From positions 19,282,001 through 19,346,000 of the forward strand of contig NC_079173.1 in assembly GCF_947568905.1 (NCBI RefSeq): a DNA stretch of 64,000 bases, given 5' to 3'. The translations under genes were made by a program, and so were the position numbers. Of this stretch, positions 60,301 through 64,000 are shown in pieces. Source of the stretch: Ostrea edulis (Eukaryota). The notes under the pieces were generated by a model, which did no database searches, was not told where the DNA came from, and saw nothing but the letters and a program-made list of their open reading frames with translations. How positions within the stretch are numbered: the stretch's first letter is position 1; each line of letters starts with the position of its first letter.

Positions 60301-61172
60301 GTGGTTTGCGACTATGATGAGGTCCAATTGCTTCGTGAAAGAGGACGGTACATTGATGTAGTTCTGTATATAGGTCTGCCTATTGAATTTTGGTTTTATA
60401 GAAAATATCTTCTCCCGAAATTAAACTTTGATAAAAGAAAGTTTGATATTGATATCAAAGATTAAACATCAGATCAATGCAGTTTTCTGTAGAACATTTG
60501 TGTATTGATTTCTGGATAACACTTTGATTGAGATGAAAATATAAGATTCTTTTGGCACCACAGGAAGATCAGTATTGATTATTAAGCGCAGAGTAATACT
60601 TAGGAATCATTTTAATTCATGGGGGCCAATGTTTATGGATAAGCAAAATTTTGCTGGTTCATGGGGACATCATTTTGTGGGTAAGCGATACATATCACTC
60701 GGAGAGATAACTCTACTTGATTTAAAGAAATGTTCGAGGACACGTGAATTTGTGGGTAAATCCACGAACAAAGATGATTCCACAGTAATTGAGTCAAAGG
60801 TTAAAATCACTATAAACTTTACTTTCCCCCACCAAGTTTTCTGCAAAATTAACATCAGATTTTGGTGAGTTAAAGTCAAGATAGATCTCTATAAATAGTG
60901 TATGATTTGTTTTTACAGGTCTTTTCTATGGATAATGTCTGATTTGTTTTACAGGTCTTTTCTATGAGTAATGTCTGATTTATTTTACAGGTTTTCTCTA
61001 TGAGTAATGTCTGATTTGTTTTACAGGTCTCCTGGTAACAGAACCAATCACTCAGCTTTCTTGTATAAACTCCACGGTTGTAAACGCTACAATGACTCCA
61101 ATGTTGAATACGACCTCAACCTTGACCTTTGTGACACGCATCATTGAGCAGACAACAGCAACATCTCTCTGA
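45310..61172 (+). CDS. SLC28: Concentrative Na+/nucleoside cotransporter (CNT, SLC28 family), 12 coding exons, 649 aa; join(45310..45445,45897..46045,48841..49079,49279..49420,50221..50412,52978..53139,56509..56634,58454..58584,59040..59208,59378..59554,59899..60079,61027..61172)
   Basis: All exons have AG/GT boundaries and compatible phases, totalling 1950 nt with no internal stop. CNT motifs are present: [101 protein letters not shown]. The ATG context is ccaccATG. Orthology to a specific vertebrate paralogue is not established. Confidence 0.93.
46028..47984 (+). repeat. 36/34-bp minisatellite (~55 units) spanning the donor of SLC28 coding exon 2
   Basis: Unit cattcccacatcaaaacg|gtaagactgtcactaaaa; the first copy is the real exon end at 46045. 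Confidence 0.95.
48110..48471 (+). mobile_element. TRIM with tRNA-like LTRs (Helenus-type), oldest copy
   Basis: TGTAGC...GTTACA termini, two decayed LTRs with A/B boxes, perfect 4-bp TSD GTAA. Confidence 0.8.
49408..49760 (+). repeat. 38-bp tandem repeat (7 donor copies) spanning the donor of coding exon 4
   Basis: Unit caccaag|gtatgctccgaattctgtcagggctccatct, with a higher-order G-rich spacer. Confidence 0.9.
50533..51013 (+). repeat. 58-bp minisatellite (~8 copies)
   Basis: gtgtgtgagaaagtttaactaagagattacatttatagagctttataatatctcgaga. Confidence 0.95.
51070..52443 (+). repeat. 34-bp minisatellite (~40 copies)
   Basis: gacactacactatgtacatgtagatataaaccct. Confidence 0.95.
52583..52942 (+). 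mobile_element. TRIM with tRNA-like LTRs (Helenus-type)
   Basis: LTRs 52583-52709 and 52817-52942, PBS-like tttgatgatgttgacc, PPT aaggaggaaggag, perfect 4-bp TSD GATT. Confidence 0.87.
53431..55250 (+). mobile_element. HINE/Helentron-like non-autonomous element hosting a nested hAT derivative
   Basis: Subterminal inverted repeats ggccgggttgca (53435) / tgcaacccgacc (55215), 5' hairpin, gcgggcgggcgg microsatellite and T-rich flanks. Confidence 0.55.
53886..54921 (+). mobile_element. hAT-like deletion derivative (1036 bp)
   Basis: 13-bp perfect TIR cagtgctccaagt, GCGAC subterminal repeats, remnant N-terminal zinc finger (W...F...[15 protein letters not shown]...CTSFK...H...H); flanks tatcag/tatcat. 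Confidence 0.75.
55647..56013 (+). mobile_element. TRIM with tRNA-like LTRs (Helenus-type), best preserved copy
   Basis: 129-bp LTRs 55647-55775 and 55885-56013 (about 12 mismatches by hand count), TG...CA ends, PBS-like tttgctgccatgacc, PPT aaggagggaggaa, perfect 4-bp TSD CAGA. Confidence 0.9.
56339..56410 (+). repeat. 27-bp tandem repeat (~2.7 copies)
   Basis: catatgataaaacattttgtttaagtt. Confidence 0.9.
57305..58104. mobile_element. MITE (800 bp), hAT-like CAG termini, 6-bp TSD
   Basis: 16-bp perfect TIR cagtcttcacgaaaac, ACTGGCC subterminal repeats, perfect TSD AGATAC. Confidence 0.85.
60234..60315. repeat. Near-perfect palindrome / hairpin (~80 bp)
   Basis: Arms gtcgcaaaccac+aggttatagtttcattccatt and aatggaatgaaacaataacct+gtggtttgcgac, with one mismatch and a 6-nt bulge. 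Confidence 0.85.
60597..60787. mobile_element. Short MITE (~190 bp)
   Basis: Imperfect TIRs tacttaggaatcat / atgattccacagta. Confidence 0.55.
60900..61031 (+). repeat. 36-bp tandem repeat (4 acceptor copies) spanning the acceptor of the last coding exon
   Basis: tgtctgatttgttttacag|gtct..., with AG ends at 60918, 60954, 60990 and 61026. Confidence 0.92.
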
Positions 61173-62083
61173 TGATGGATTTACGATAGGCAGCCATATT
61201 TATAATTGTTTAGATCTTTTTTACTTTGTAGAAATAATGTGCTTTGGGGATGGTGTCTTTTTTTACAATTTGTTCTAGTTATACATGTAGCTGTATTTTG
61301 CCCTAGATATTGTAAATGTATTCATGCTCAATTACTGTCTCGCTTTGATAGACTGTATTTATCATGTAATATACATATGATTCTCATCAAAGAGTTTACT
61401 CAAGAATCTCATTTTTAAATTACAAGACTTAGTGGTATTTATCAAGTAATATACATATGCCTTTCATCAAAGATTTTACTCAAGAATCTCATAATCAAAT
61501 TACAAGTTAGGCAGCTTTAAGTGCTATCAAAAGCTCTGTTTGAGATGCTTACAATCTAGTCCATTTTTTAAGGAATGTGTTATTTATAATGTGCTATTTA
61601 TGGAGAAGAATTATTGATGATGTATTCATGTTAATGAAATCCTAGTGCTGGTATCATATTGATACTTTGAGAGCTGTAAGTAAAATGTTATTTACATGAT
61701 TCATGGAAACACTCGTTTTTTATATCCTGTTGTTTCCACCCACTACAACTTGCATGTTGAATTTTTAGTTTGCTTGAAAACGTCATGTATGCACTGTAAA
61801 TTATGAACAGTTTAGTACACATGTTTATTTCAGTTTTCATGAAAGAAAAAAAAAGCCAAAACCGGCATATATTTTTTTTTATCATTGTTGCATTTGCTAT
61901 CCAGCCTACTTCTGAATTTTGTCTGCAATATGTATGAGTTTATGTCTCGGATGGAAAAACCAGTCAGCAATTTGTAAGAAAAATCCACCAATTTCGAAAG
62001 TTTGAACCAATTTTATGGACATTATTTCTTTCATTGAAATCATTTAAACGTTTCCTACAAAGTCTTATAAATATAAAGACTGT

Positions 62084-62372
62084 TGACAGCGATTAAGGTG
62101 GTATTATAACACACCTGAGGTAATTTTATTTGGGTGTTATTCCTCCTTAATTTGATTGGAGTGGACAGATGTGTAGCTGTGGAGTGTGCGATTCTGGGAA
62201 TGGTTACACATGCCCACACTCATCCTTCTGACAGCGATTAAGGAGGTATAGCATGCCTGAGATAATTTTATTTGGGTGGTATTCCTCCTTAATTTGATTG
62301 GAGTGGACAGATGTGTAGCTGTGGAGTGTGCGATTCTGAGAATGGTTACACATGCACACACTCGTCCATCTC
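62084..62372 (+). repeat. 145-bp tandem duplication (2 copies)
   Basis: tgacagcgattaagg...cacactcatccttc repeated. Confidence 0.9.
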
Positions 62373-63519
62373 ACATTCTCCCAATTCTTGTTATTTATCA
62401 TGAGGCTTGAGGACCAGACTCTAGAAAAAAATTTCAAACTTATAAGTTTGAGTTTTCTATTATTTAAACAGTCAAAATTCTAGTAAAATCTTGGACTTAA
62501 ATTCCAATTTTGACCTCAATTTTTTTCTTTGGGAAATTCAGACCTGGAGGTTATAAAACTTTTTTAATTCATACACAGTACTCAAACAGGTACCCTGGAC
62601 TCCAACCCCATACTCCTACTCAATATTCCACTCTAATTTATGTTTAACTTGAGATAACGAGTATGGCTTCAGAGCACAAATCATGGGGTCTGTGTATAAG
62701 GAGTACATACATGTACTCATAACATTTTATATCCCCCTCCCCCACCACCAACATCAAAGAAAGATTTTGGGGAGGTATATTGTGTTTTCAGTCTGTCCTC
62801 AACTTTAACCTTGGTAATAATTTAAACTATTCTTGATAGAGAATACATGAAACAGAAATGTCAAGGCTACATGTCTGATCAAGGTCAAATTTACCACATA
62901 TGAACTTGCCCATACTCCTAGACAAGGGGTCTGTTATTTTCTCGGATTCAGAATTGGTCAGAATATCACCAGTATATTGTCTCCAGTCTCTGCCTGCTCT
63001 TTGAGAAGTAGATGCTAGCGGCCTACCGGGGATTTCTGAACTGCAGATGAGCAAATTAGGATAACTTTTGTAGCTGTCCACCCAATCAGATGAATACACC
63101 CATTGTGTTGATCAAAAACGCATTTGAAACTTCTGTGAAATTAAGGCTGTTTAATCATATTGAACAATACTTGGTTTTGAGGATTTTTTTTTTATTCTAA
63201 CAGACTGGTATATGTAATATACCCATAGTATTGATGGATAGCAAATCTGATTCTATAAGAGTAGTGTGTTGTGTTGCATTGCTTTTTTTTTGTTTTTTTT
63301 TTTTGAGACTAATGCTTGAGAAGTGATTAAGTGAAGAACATGTTATAATCCTTGTATTATGAGTAATAGTATACGGTTTAAAGTTTTATCCATCTCACTT
63401 CGAAGATCCAGAAATTTACTATGTATGATCTCACAAGGCTGGAATAAAGAATGAAAAATGGATATTTGATGTTTTGAACATGTTGGATGTAGTTTGCCAT
63501 TGGTATTGCACATGTACAG

Positions 63520-63695
63520 TTGCGGTTGAGAGGTCAGAGTTATCGCTCTTTGAGCGGGCGAGCGGTAAATCTAGTACTGCCGACTACCGATGGTCCCGGA
63601 TTGCGATGTTTTATAGATAATATTAAAACCGGCGAATAGAATAACTTCTACGACAAGCAAGGGGTACTGAGGACCAATTCTAACCCGGATCCCCA
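63520..63695 (-). mobile_element. SINE-related fragment sharing its 5' segment with 32553
   Basis: Reverse complement reads ggggatccgggttagaattggtcctcagtaccccttgcttgtcgtag. Confidence 0.55.
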
Positions 63696-63704
63696 CGAAA
63701 GGAA

Positions 63705-64000
63705 AACGTCAGACAGCATTTGACCCAATGATAGGTTGTATTAACAAACTAGATCATAACGACCATAGAATTAGCGAAATGCTGACTTTAAATAAGACTT
63801 GAAACCCTGCTAACATCAGCTTGTTTGTCAGTAGCTTGCTTCGATTAAAAAAATTATCATACGCAGAACAACCTCTTGCGTATCGAATCAGTTGAGAGAT
63901 ATAAAGACTATGCAGCTGATAATGAAATATCGCTACATAAATATGGGAAGTTGACGACGGAGAAGCTGAAATCATCCCATTTATCATAAAGTTGAATTGT
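63705..64000 (-). mobile_element. PLE RT fragment running off the window end
   Basis: ORF 63754..63987 region: YISQLIRYARGCS...NKLM. Confidence 0.8.

Overview
AT-rich eukaryotic genomic DNA, most likely from a bivalve such as an oyster (inferred from repeat types only), with one 133-N gap at 39898-40030. It falls into three zones. (1) About 1-33 kb: a 5'-incomplete + strand gene built from 72-nt, phase 2-2 leucine-rich-repeat exons (6 intact, 2 decayed), an LRR-CT exon and a Thr-rich stalk micro-exon. It sits among roughly 20 Penelope-like (PLE) retroelement fragments, and most LRR exons lie in tandem modules bounded by PLE pieces. This zone also holds tRNA-derived SINEs, an L2 fragment, a DIRS fragment and two minimal hammerhead ribozyme motifs. 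(2) About 33-43 kb: a ~2 kb block duplicated across the gap, two LINE remnants and an inverted duplication. (3) About 43-62 kb: a complete 12-coding-exon SLC28/CNT nucleoside transporter gene (649 aa by hand assembly). Its introns carry three tRNA-containing mini LTR elements (Helenus-type TRIMs, each with a perfect 4-bp TSD), two CAG-ended DNA elements with 6-bp TSDs, and tandem repeats that have multiplied four of the gene's own splice sites. All coordinates, translations and counts were read by hand; repeat-fragment boundaries are approximate and family names come from recall, not database searches.
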